Assembly (NCBI GenBank): GCA_003209655.1 | Contig: QCPW01000007.1 | Coordinates: forward strand, 3,149-67,148 | Source: Prochlorococcus sp. AG-442-M23 | Lineage (GTDB): Bacteria > Cyanobacteriota > Cyanobacteriia > PCC-6307 > Cyanobiaceae | Length of the DNA stretch: 64,000 nucleotides | Reading direction: 5' to 3' | In this document: piece by piece, positions 40,972 to 49,515 of the stretch | How the letters are laid out: every line of letters begins with the position of its first letter | Numbering within the stretch: the stretch's first letter is position 1 | Made by a program: the position numbers and the translations under genes | The notes under the pieces: model-generated | The model's input: only the letters and a program-made list of their open reading frames with translations | What the model was told of the DNA's origin: nothing | The model's database searches: none

Positions 40972-41076
40972 ATGACTACAAGAAGGAAAAATTCCAAGAC
41001 AAAAAAAGTTGAAACTAATACAGAATGGTTAGATAAAGTTATCAATCAACTTACCAATAAGGAGCTTCTTAATTAA
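40972..41076 (+). CDS. Small ORF (34 aa), NTEWLDK family
   Basis: AAGGAAG Shine-Dalgarno. MTTRRKNSKTKKVETNTEWLDKVINQLTNKELLN. Shares NTEWLDK(V/L)I with 62661..62798. Confidence 0.4.
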   Translation: MTTRRKNSKTKKVETNTEWLDKVINQLTNKELLN

Positions 41077-41224
41077 TCCTTGAACAATTATTTGCAGCAA
41101 GTGGCTTTAACTAACAGTATATACTTGAGCTCTAGCTTTAAATTTCTTTTGGATAAATATCAATTCAAAGAAGAATTTTTAATTGTGAAAGGTGCTAGAT
41201 TTATCAAGTAATTTAGGATGCCAA

Positions 41225-41353
41225 ATGAGAGTAAAACTGGAACCCGAAACTGCATTTATAGGTAAAAAATTTGCATATATTTTCCTGGGAATAATATTTG
41301 GGCTTAATGGAATAGCCTTTATTTGGTTTTTCTTTTTTTCTAACCTGAAATAG
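41225..41353 (+). CDS. Small TM peptide candidate (42 aa)
   Basis: MRVKLEPETAFIGKKFAYIFLGIIFGLNGIAFIWFFFFSNLK. Confidence 0.3.
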   Translation: MRVKLEPETAFIGKKFAYIFLGIIFGLNGIAFIWFFFFSNLK

Positions 41354-41663
41354 GGTTAATCAACTAGAACTTATTAATATATTTCGGTTGAATATTGGGA
41401 TATATTTTCCCCTTATACTTAGAGTTATATGTAAATCCTATAAAAATCAAATTAGATATGAATAAAAGATTTATAGCTGAAAAAATAATGACTCTTATTA
41501 TTTCTCTTATAAGTTAATAATATTATCAATTATTATTATTTCTTATGTTTCTTCTTGGTGTTAGAAATTCATTTGTTGATTTATTTATATTTATCTTTAA
41601 ATAAAATATTCTTATATGATCGTTTTGCAAAATACAGATGCACTCTAATTGAAAATTGAAGTT

Positions 41664-41756
41664 TTAAACAAATCCATCAATGATTTGCCCTGTTGTTAAA
41701 TAGATACCAAGTAGAGCTAACAAAAAAAATGTCATTCCAAATCTTCCATTAAGAAT
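41664..41756 (-). pseudogene. N-terminally truncated hli remnant
   Basis: (I)LNGRFGMTFFLLALLGIYLTTGQIIDGFV-stop, with an in-frame TAG immediately upstream and no ATG before the helix. Confidence 0.55.
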
Positions 41757-41925
41757 CTAGGCAAATACTTTTTATTTCTCAACTTTATTGTTGTAGGATT
41801 TGAGTTATTTATTGGTTTATTGAATGAATAATTTATATTTTCCTATTGAAAATTTATTGTTAAACATACAACAAGAAGGGGTGTAAGGGTTAAAACAAAA
41901 CTCAAGGAGCAAGCAAGATGACCTA

Positions 41926-42132
41926 CTAAAAAATACCTGGAATAATTTGGCCTGTTGTTACATAAGCACCTATTAACGCAACAAGGCCAATCATTGCCCA
42001 ACGACCGTTAACTTTCTCTGCATTTTGAGGGTAACCGTCATATGAGACAGATTCATCAATATATGGACGAGTTTCAGCAGGGAACATATTCTGTCTTCCG
42101 CCTGATTCTGTTGTGACTTCTGAATTAGCCAT
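41926..42132 (-). CDS. hli: High-light-inducible protein (68 aa)
   Basis: EKVNGRWAMIGLVALIGAYVTTGQIIPGIF C-terminal HLIP helix. Confidence 0.9.
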   Translation of the reverse strand: MANSEVTTESGGRQNMFPAETRPYIDESVSYDGYPQNAEKVNGRWAMIGLVALIGAYVTTGQIIPGIF

Positions 42133-42145
42133 TGCTAGTTATGTA

Positions 42146-42163
42146 ATTGTTAAAGAATGTAAC
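42146..42163 (-). promoter_or_regulatory. HLR1-like direct repeat upstream of the 68-aa hli gene
   Basis: Minus strand reads GTTACATT-CT-TTAACAAT. It matches (G/T)TTACA(T/A)(T/A)-N2-(G/T)TTACA(T/A)(T/A) at 15 of 16 positions and ends 13 nt before the ATG. Confidence 0.4.
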
Positions 42164-42404
42164 ACAAGTATTAAAAAAAGTAAAGTATATTGCAAAAAAA
42201 TCAGATTAACTATCATTATTTGACAACTATGTACCACACCTGTCAAATAAAAGTATTTTAGGTTACTACTTCTCCATAACCAATAAAAACAAAGGGGCTT
42301 AATAGGAATTCGAGGCTTGCACAAACCAAAAATCATATTCCATGAAAGAGTATAAGCATTTATACTCACACTAAGTAATTTTACTTACTATTATATATAT
42401 AAGG

Positions 42405-42500
42405 CATTTAGGAAGTGCTTAGCTGGTTAATTTCAGTCAGTTTGAATTTAACTTATTCGTCATGAGAGTTTGCTGGTAGGGATACAAGCAAGCTCTTTTT
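42405..42500 (+). ncRNA. Candidate small RNA, copy B (3' hairpin with conserved loop plus U-tract; 5' end is a guess)
   Basis: GAGTTTGCT-GGTAGGGATACA-AGCAAGCTC-TTTTT at 42466..42500. A TATATATATAAG -10-like tract lies about 70 nt upstream. Confidence 0.45.
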
Positions 42501-42597
42501 ATTATCCAAACTAAAGAACTGATTTTAGTTTGATAAGTTAAAGCTTTTTTATTAAAAATAATCATTGATAAAAGATTAATTGCATCCAAAAAAATTG

Positions 42598-42645
42598 TTA
42601 GATTTTAGTATTTTAGATTTTAGTATTTTAGTATTTTAGAATTTA
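42598..42645. repeat. Tandem 7/8-nt repeat (T)ATTTTAG x6
   Basis: TTAGATTTTAGTATTTTAGATTTTAGTATTTTAGTATTTTAGAATTT, read directly. Confidence 0.85.
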
Positions 42646-42714
42646 TTTTTTTAGAAATTTACCTGTCAATATAAAATTAATTTGCTAAAAAAAGGATAAA
42701 GTTTGAGTTTAAAA

Positions 42715-42816
42715 ATGTCTCTAGACTTCGTTCTTATTCCTTTTTGTATTATTTTTATTTTATGGCTTTTTAATAGGGAGAACAAGATCTACTACAATAA
42801 TAAAAAAGTAAGGTAG
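42715..42816 (+). CDS. Small TM peptide candidate (33 aa)
   Basis: MSLDFVLIPFCIIFILWLFNRENKIYYNNKKVR. Confidence 0.25.
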   Translation: MSLDFVLIPFCIIFILWLFNRENKIYYNNKKVR

Positions 42817-42930
42817 CGTTAAATTGTTCTCCACAAATTTATACTAGATATTTATAACACTATAATTTTTCTAATATTATTTTTATTCGGAAGGGAGCCG
42901 TATCTTATTTATGCAATAAGGTAATAAAAT

Positions 42931-43050
42931 TTAATTATTTAATTTATTAATAATTACCTTATCCCAATAAACTTTTGAACGATTAATTTGTTCTAATTTT
43001 TCTTTGCAATGAGTACAATTACAATTTTTCAATAATAATTTAGAAACCAT
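42931..43050 (-). CDS. Small Cys-containing ORF candidate (39 aa)
   Basis: MVSKLLLKNCNCTHCKEKLEQINRSKVYWDKVIINKLNN. Confidence 0.25.
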   Translation of the reverse strand: MVSKLLLKNCNCTHCKEKLEQINRSKVYWDKVIINKLNN

Positions 43051-43361
43051 AACTTCAGTTTTATTTAATAAAACAAATATTTAAGTTAATTGCAATAAAA
43101 GAATTTTGATCTTAGGGATTTTTCAAGAAGAGATTTTTTTTAACTCCTAAAATAATATAAAAACGAAAATCTCCACATTTTTATGGTTAAATTTTCTTCC
43201 TAAGAGATAAGGATCCAATAAAATTGATAAAAAAGCTTTTAACTGATAAAGAAAAGTACAAAAAAGTTTTTATATTAAATTTAAAAGATCTTAACCAATA
43301 AGCAAAAAGACCTAAAAAAAGTTAGGTAAAAAAATATTATTATGTAGCTAATATTAACTAA

Positions 43362-44549
43362 CTAAAATCTACTAGATCTCCATAATAAGAATGTTCCAAA
43401 TCCCAAAAACAATAGCACAGGAATCCAAGCTGCAAGAAATGGAGTTAATAAGCCTATAACTCCCATTGAACTAAATACAAAACAAGTTAAATAATATAAA
43501 AAAATAAGTATTATGCTAATTCCAAAGCCTTGAGATTTCGAAGATCTAATATTTTGTTTTATTCCAAGAGTACTTCCTATTAATGAAAAAACTATGCAAG
43601 ACATAGGTAGTGTCATCTTTTCATTTATTCTTACTTTCATCTTTCTAGATTCTTTTATATTTCCAGACATCTCATACATTTTTTGAGCTTGTTTAGCCTC
43701 AGATATTGTCATATTATTAGCGTCACGGGGAATTTGAGCTAATTTAGACGGGCCATTATCTAATGGATAAATATATGTATCAAATAAAATGGTCGAAACT
43801 GATCCCTCATCCTCAGTAGCCATTATTTTTCCATCATTAAATTTCCAACTACTTAATTGATCATCAAAGGAACCATTATTAGCAGTTAATAATATTTTTG
43901 TTCCTTGTTTTGAAAAATCAATAACTGTAACATCATACATAATTTTATTTAAGAATCTTCTTGCATAAAAAATATGAGTTAAATGAGATGCTCCATCTAT
44001 AGGTTTGTTAGTTTTACTATCTATTATCGAGCCATATTTCGAAAATGAAATATTGTATCTTCCTTTTTCTGTTCTTATTGATTTACCAAGACTATTCTGC
44101 AATAAATCAGAAGCCACACGATTTGAAATTGGTACCAAATTATCACTAAAAGTAAAAGTAAGAAATGTCATAAATAATGCCAAAAGCAAAGAAGGTAAAA
44201 CTATTCGATAGTTATTAATTCCTAAGCTTTTTAGAGCTAATATTTCTGAGTTTGAGGAGAGAGTTCCATAAGTTAGTAAACACGAAAGAAGAACTGACAT
44301 TGGAAATGCAATAACCAAGAATCCAGGCAAACTTAAAAAAAATATTTTTAAAGCTATAAAGATAGGTAATCCATACTCAACAATTTTTCTTATCAGATCG
44401 AACATTACTCCTACAGAAAGAGATACGATGGTAAATGCAGAAATTGCAAAAAATAATATTGGTATTAATTTAGATATTATCCACCTATCTATAAGTGGAA
44501 TTTTTTTTAAGATTGCAGACATCAGATAATTTAATTTTAAATTTCTCAA
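43362..44549 (-). CDS. LptF/LptG-family (YjgP/YjgQ) permease
   Basis: IDRWIISKLIPILFF start, three TM helices, a large soluble insert, then three more TM helices; 395 aa. Confidence 0.78.
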   Translation of the reverse strand: MRNLKLNYLMSAILKKIPLIDRWIISKLIPILFFAISAFTIVSLSVGVMFDLIRKIVEYGLPIFIALKIFFLSLPGFLVIAFPMSVLLSCLLTYGTLSSNSEILALKSLGINNYRIVLPSLLLALFMTFLTFTFSDNLVPISNRVASDLLQNSLGKSIRTEKGRYNISFSKYGSIIDSKTNKPIDGASHLTHIFYARRFLNKIMYDVTVIDFSKQGTKILLTANNGSFDDQLSSWKFNDGKIMATEDEGSVSTILFDTYIYPLDNGPSKLAQIPRDANNMTISEAKQAQKMYEMSGNIKESRKMKVRINEKMTLPMSCIVFSLIGSTLGIKQNIRSSKSQGFGISIILIFLYYLTCFVFSSMGVIGLLTPFLAAWIPVLLFLGFGTFLLWRSSRF

Positions 44550-46288
44550 GATAATATTTTACGACTTGAGGAAACTACTTTAATAGGGAAGATATATATG
44601 CTATTAGATCTACTATATGAATTATCCCTTTTTGCATATTTAGAAGAATTTTTGTCAAAATTCATAGAGTCAAAAAATATATTATTTTCTTTAAAGTAAG
44701 GTTCCTCAGCAAGCGTTATCTTAACATCTTTATATTTAGTTATTAGCTCATCACCTTTCTTTAAATCTAATGAAAAATTTTCTATTTCTTTAATGCTTTG
44801 GGTAACTAATAATCTTGTGCCAATAAAATAAATTGGAACATATATTTGAGGATCTTTTTTATTATATGTAGCTCTTATGTTTGAAAAATCATTGTATAAA
44901 TAATGAGTATCACAATCAACTAAAGATATTGTATTAGTATTATTTGTAGCAACAAATTCTCTTATATTTAATGGAATTTCATTAGTTTTAAGTGGGTCAA
45001 AACGAAAGTAAGATGAATAAATTGACAAGATCATTAAAAATGTAAGCAATGAAATACTGCATATTTTTTTAATTACAATTGCTCTAAAAAAAATACTTTT
45101 CAAATCTAAATACATTAATTGCAAAGCAACTGCAACTAAGAAAATAAAATATGGTGTTATAAAAAGTGAGTGTCTTGTTAATCCAAAAGACAACTGTCCA
45201 ATACTTATTAATATAAATATAAAAATTAAATTTATTATAGAAATATCAAGCGCGAATTTTAATGATTTAGATTTTTTATATGAAATAGAAATCTTTATAT
45301 CGTTTAATAATCTTTTACATAGTGTGTAGAAACATAGAATGAATAATGTGATTGAGTTTACAAGAGTTAAAGTACTAATTTTTGAATTCTGAGGCAAGAA
45401 AGCAAATGGAGTCAAAAAACCTCTAGGGTCAAAATCAATTCTATTTCCGCTATTAAAAGGGAAAAAAAACAAAATTATAAATAAAAATGTAAGAAAACCT
45501 ATCTTATTAGAACTAATTACCAAAACTAATTTTTCAACTAATATATTTTTTTTCTTATATTTTAAAATTAAATTTTTTGTAAAAATTCTCTTTATATAAA
45601 AATATATATTATGGCTAAAAAAGTGGATCATAGCAGGGTAACTAGTCATTAAAGCAAGACTAAAACCATATTTTGAGACCTTATTACAAAAAAATATTGT
45701 TGAAGAAATGGATATCAGCGACCCAGATATAAACCAAATGGTACTACCTAAATGATATGTATATGAATTTATAGAATAAAAACTAAGCAGCCCAAAGGAG
45801 CAAAGAAATGATATGTATTTTGAAATACCAACAAATTTAAGTGCTTGATAAAAAATCAGCATTGCAGAAACAAAAAATACTATATTTATAAATGAAGCAT
45901 ATTCATAAAAAGATCCAAATCGATCGGGTAAATATAGTCCATAAAGAAAACCTTCTAAAGGAGGATATGTCATCTTTAAAGGTAATAATATTAAGGACCT
46001 TATAAAATCAAAAGGAATAATTGAGATAGTTAAAGCAAAAAAAATTCTTAGAGGAGTAAAAATAAAACCGGTTTTCCATATATGCCCTATAAAATGTGCT
46101 CTTGAAAATATTGGCGAATCAGTTAAGTATTTGTAAACATCACTTGAGTCGCATTCATGAAAATGAAATAAGGAGATAATCGAATGTGAAATTAAAACTA
46201 AAAAAATAAATAATGCAGTAACTATTTTTTCTTTATCATCCAATAAATTTTTTAATTTAGTCAGATTCAACAATTTATAAAATTGCAC
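44546..46288 (-). CDS. Large polytopic membrane protein with a C-terminal soluble domain (possible envelope glycan transferase/polymerase)
   Basis: 580 aa with at least 12 predicted TM helices by eye. Overlaps the downstream permease gene by 4 nt. The functional assignment is only a guess. Confidence 0.55.
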   Translation of the reverse strand: MQFYKLLNLTKLKNLLDDKEKIVTALFIFLVLISHSIISLFHFHECDSSDVYKYLTDSPIFSRAHFIGHIWKTGFIFTPLRIFFALTISIIPFDFIRSLILLPLKMTYPPLEGFLYGLYLPDRFGSFYEYASFINIVFFVSAMLIFYQALKFVGISKYISFLCSFGLLSFYSINSYTYHLGSTIWFISGSLISISSTIFFCNKVSKYGFSLALMTSYPAMIHFFSHNIYFYIKRIFTKNLILKYKKKNILVEKLVLVISSNKIGFLTFLFIILFFFPFNSGNRIDFDPRGFLTPFAFLPQNSKISTLTLVNSITLFILCFYTLCKRLLNDIKISISYKKSKSLKFALDISIINLIFIFILISIGQLSFGLTRHSLFITPYFIFLVAVALQLMYLDLKSIFFRAIVIKKICSISLLTFLMILSIYSSYFRFDPLKTNEIPLNIREFVATNNTNTISLVDCDTHYLYNDFSNIRATYNKKDPQIYVPIYFIGTRLLVTQSIKEIENFSLDLKKGDELITKYKDVKITLAEEPYFKENNIFFDSMNFDKNSSKYAKRDNSYSRSNSIYIFPIKVVSSSRKILS

Positions 46289-46356
46289 CTTTTATTTTTA
46301 AAATAACTTAAATATTCAAGTAATCAAAATATATAGCTTTAAAATTCAAAACTTAT

Positions 46357-46500
46357 TTATTTAAACCAGCCTTTTTTCTTGGCTTTAACTTCTGGTATTG
46401 CTTTAACCCTTTTTGTTTCTTCTGTTCTACCTTTGAAAATCATCAGAGGAACAATTGCCCATAACAGAAGGAATAATATCCAAAATATGTAAACGTTCAT
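46357..46500 (-). CDS. Small TM peptide candidate (47 aa)
   Basis: MNVYIFWILFLLLWAIVPLMIFKGRTEETKRVKAIPEVKAKKKGWFK. Confidence 0.3.
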   Translation of the reverse strand: MNVYIFWILFLLLWAIVPLMIFKGRTEETKRVKAIPEVKAKKKGWFK

Positions 46501-46730
46501 AATTAATAGTTTTTTTTATCTTAAGGAAGTTTTCTATCAGTTTGTGGCTTTCTTTTTATAGATTTCTTTAAAAAGTCAAATCTAATTCGTTGAAATATAT
46601 GCAGATTTCAATATCTGCAAATTTAAAGAAATTAATGAGCAAAAAGAAATAAGGATATTTGATTCACAAGGTGTTGGTTTGGAAATTAATTTAATTTCTA
46701 TCTAGCTTTCACGAGTTTAAAATCAAGAAC

Positions 46731-47135
46731 TCACTCTTCAAATTCAATTTCATGGAAATCTTTTACGTCCTCATAAAGAGTGCTAAAGGATTTTTCTATT
46801 AAATCTTTACCTTTTCTAGTAAGTTTTAAAAGAGTTCTTCTTTTATCCTTTGGATCTTGTTCTTTAGAAATCAACCCTAGCCCTGGTTTACCTAGCCTGT
46901 GATATCTGCTTATATAATCGGTCATTCTTGAGGCACTAGCCTTACTCATTTTGAAGTGATCTTCAATATCCTTTTTACTACAATTCTGATAAGTGGCTAC
47001 ATACCAAAAAACTGCCATTGACTGTAAAGGAACATCCTGTGTATTATCCAACTTCATAAACATATGTAAAACTCTTAAAAGGTTATATGACTCGTTGTCT
47101 ATATTGAGCAATTCTTCTAGTTTTGCTTGTGTCAC
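46731..47135 (-). CDS. MarR-family winged-helix transcriptional regulator
   Basis: CSKKDIEDHFKMSKASASRMTDYI (HTH) and DPKDKRRTLLKLTRKGKDLIE (wing); 134 aa. Confidence 0.72.
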   Translation of the reverse strand: MTQAKLEELLNIDNESYNLLRVLHMFMKLDNTQDVPLQSMAVFWYVATYQNCSKKDIEDHFKMSKASASRMTDYISRYHRLGKPGLGLISKEQDPKDKRRTLLKLTRKGKDLIEKSFSTLYEDVKDFHEIEFEE

Positions 47136-47321
47136 TTCTATTACATACCTATTATCATAAACACTATTTTAACTCATAAAATTCGATTTGTATATATAGA
47201 TCCACCCATGGATAATTCATTATTAAATAGAACTAAATTAAAAAGTGTTCTTATTTTAAATCTCTAAAGCAAAGCTAAATAAAATTTCTGCGGTTTATTC
47301 TTTAATCATATTAAAAATATT

Positions 47322-47345
47322 AAGATTTTAAGATTTTAAGATTTT
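47322..47345. repeat. Tandem 8-nt repeat AAGATTTT x3
   Basis: Read directly. Lies about 190 nt upstream of the MarR start. Confidence 0.85.
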
Positions 47346-47884
47346 TTGGAAAATAAAAAAGTTATAAAATCAGCCTCAATTAATTATGAATAAAATTCCA
47401 GAAGAATCATTCAATAAGTTTTTTCCACTAGGTTTCAAATAAATCGGCATTTCTACGCATATACAAAAAAAATTATTCATACTAATTTTTTATTAATTAA
47501 TCGGAGGGGTTTTCAAATGATCGATAGTCCACCAGAGAAGTTCACTAGATTGGTTTAAGCTGCCAATTGTTTACTACTACACATAACTAAGTTAAGAGAT
47601 TAATTTCAAAAGAAAATGATTAATCTCTTTTTTATTGCCTTAATCTCTAAATATATGTCTTATGAGAGGTTATTTTAAAAGAATTTAAAAGGATTTAGCT
47701 CTTCTAAAACAAATCCTTGTCTAAAGATTCAAATAAATTTCTTAGTATCTATTAAAGTATCCTCTATTGTTTATTGAGATAAACATTAGATCTTTATCTT
47801 AAGTAACTAGATCCCCTATAAGTAAGCTTTATTAATTTTTCTTCTTGCCTCTTACAGTATACAAATGACTTGCCATTGAAATAC

Positions 47885-48004
47885 ATGTTTACCATGATGC
47901 AGCTCCAGAATTTGCTCAAGTCCCCGTCCTATGGCTTGAGTCGTACTGCGGTCTATCAAATGTTAGATCGGACGATTTTGGTAGTATTAACTACAATTTA
48001 TTAA
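47885..48004 (+). other. 39-codon ORF in a GC-richer patch; possible remnant of an excisionase/AlpA-type HTH gene
   Basis: MFTMMQLQNLLKSPSYGLSRTAVYQMLDRTILVVLTTIY. The GLSRTAVYQMLDR part resembles the recognition helix of small phage-type HTH proteins. The tail looks non-native. Confidence 0.2.
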
Positions 48005-48355
48005 TATAGTATTTATACTTATTTGTCAACCTTTAAGTGTAAATAATCTTCAAATTCAATTGGAGCTTTGCTCTTAAAAAATCCCTAAAAAGAAAAAAGA
48101 ACATATAACTTCGAGTAACTCCTATACAAATCGATAGAAATGCTAGACCTATGCAGATAGGGCAATGTGGAAAGCCCATTATTTATTTTCTAAAATGAAT
48201 ATCAATTGAGTCTCTGCTCTATAGATATCAATTCTTTTTTTGAGTAAGTTGAAAAATCTAATCATTTAATATTAAACCTATTGGGAATTTCGATTATGAA
48301 TATAACTCCCGGAATCTATTATTATCAATGGGCAAATATACTGAATCTATTGGTA

Positions 48356-48466
48356 CTAATTAGATCTATCAAATCCTTTTCTCAAAATCTTATTTTTTAT
48401 AGACATATCAGATAGACAATAAAGGGTTAAAAACAAAACTATTGTTGCAAAAAATGAAATTTGCAT
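48356..48466 (-). CDS. Small TM peptide candidate (36 aa)
   Basis: MQISFFATIVLFLTLYCLSDMSIKNKILRKGFDRSN. Confidence 0.25.
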   Translation of the reverse strand: MQISFFATIVLFLTLYCLSDMSIKNKILRKGFDRSN

Positions 48467-48764
48467 AATTAAAATAACTTTATTTGCATAGAACCAAATT
48501 TCAACAAAAAGAGTAAATTAGAAATTCTTATTAATTATAGAATTCTTCTTCCATCCATCAAATAAAAACTGTTTATATTCCTTTATTGAATTTTTAATAG
48601 ATCCAACTCTTAAATCTTTCATTACTAGGTTAATTGACCTTTTATAAAACTCCTATAAGAAATCTCAATTAGATAAATAGTAGAAGAAGGGTTACAAATA
48701 TTTTTACAAGGCTTAAATACTTTTATGGGACTACTATCCTCATTTATCAAATTAAATCATTCCA

Positions 48765-48962
48765 TTAATTATTTTTTTGTCTTAATTCTGGGAAGCATTT
48801 AACAATATTAATTAACTCATAAACCTCTGTATTTTCATATTTTTTATTAGGAACTCCGCTACCTACCTCTATTCCTTTTGCTTTCATTTTCTTTAGGATC
48901 AATTCTTGCCTTTCAGTACTAGACAAAGATTTGAACCTTTTTATTCTCTCTTCCTTTTTCAC
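48765..48962 (-). CDS. Small basic hypothetical protein (65 aa)
   Basis: Track ORF, same strand as the two small ORFs just upstream of it (48984..49220). Confidence 0.4.
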   Translation of the reverse strand: MKKEERIKRFKSLSSTERQELILKKMKAKGIEVGSGVPNKKYENTEVYELINIVKCFPELRQKNN

Positions 48963-48983
48963 TTGATCTAATTTAAATTGATT

Positions 48984-49088
48984 CTATTTTTTATCTTTTA
49001 ATAAATTCAATCTAATATCAAAAGTAGCAAATATACCAATACTAATAAGGAGTAAACCAATTGCAATTTGTGGTGAAGGTAATATCAT
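48984..49088 (-). CDS. Small TM peptide (34 aa), PPPQI family
   Basis: MILPSPQIAIGLLLISIGIFATFDIRLNLLKDKK. Paralogue of 40044..40175. Confidence 0.4.
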   Translation of the reverse strand: MILPSPQIAIGLLLISIGIFATFDIRLNLLKDKK

Positions 49089-49220
49089 TCAGCGATTCAT
49101 TATGTAAGTTAGAAAGCCAGTAAAGGTAAGTAATTTGAATCCAATAAAAAAAGGTAAAAACTTTTTAGTTTTTTTACCGATAGGTAATAATTTATCTACT
49201 GACTTGACTATCGTTTCCAT
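49089..49220 (-). CDS. Small membrane ORF (43 aa) abutting the next ORF
   Basis: Its TGA is immediately followed by the ATG of 48984..49088. METIVKSVDKLLPIGKKTKKFLPFFIGFKLLTFTGFLTYIMNR. Confidence 0.35.
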   Translation of the reverse strand: METIVKSVDKLLPIGKKTKKFLPFFIGFKLLTFTGFLTYIMNR

Positions 49221-49354
49221 AAAAATTTTGATATCTGAACAGTCTAACGAATTATTTTTAAAATTTGCGCCTAATATTTATTATCAAATTTTTGAACCCT
49301 CATACTGAAATTGCAATATTTTTAATGCTCCCATAACACCGATCTCTTTTCTAG

Positions 49355-49474
49355 ATGGATAATTTTATGGATAATAAGCTTATTCCAAATAAATTTGATA
49401 GGGTATATTTAAAGCTTAAGAATCGCCTAAGCAGAAGAAAAACATCTAACTTTAAATCATTTCTTTATAATTGA
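49355..49474 (+). CDS. Small basic ORF candidate (39 aa)
   Basis: MDNFMDNKLIPNKFDRVYLKLKNRLSRRKTSNFKSFLYN. Confidence 0.2.
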   Translation: MDNFMDNKLIPNKFDRVYLKLKNRLSRRKTSNFKSFLYN

Positions 49475-49515
49475 CAGTCGATCTAAAATTAAGAAGTATT
49501 TAGCTTCTTTTTTTA

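Noticed and set aside
42139-42369. 76-aa minus-strand ORF
   Set aside because: It covers the promoter and HLR1-like region of the hli gene. The translation is low-complexity and nothing else supports it.
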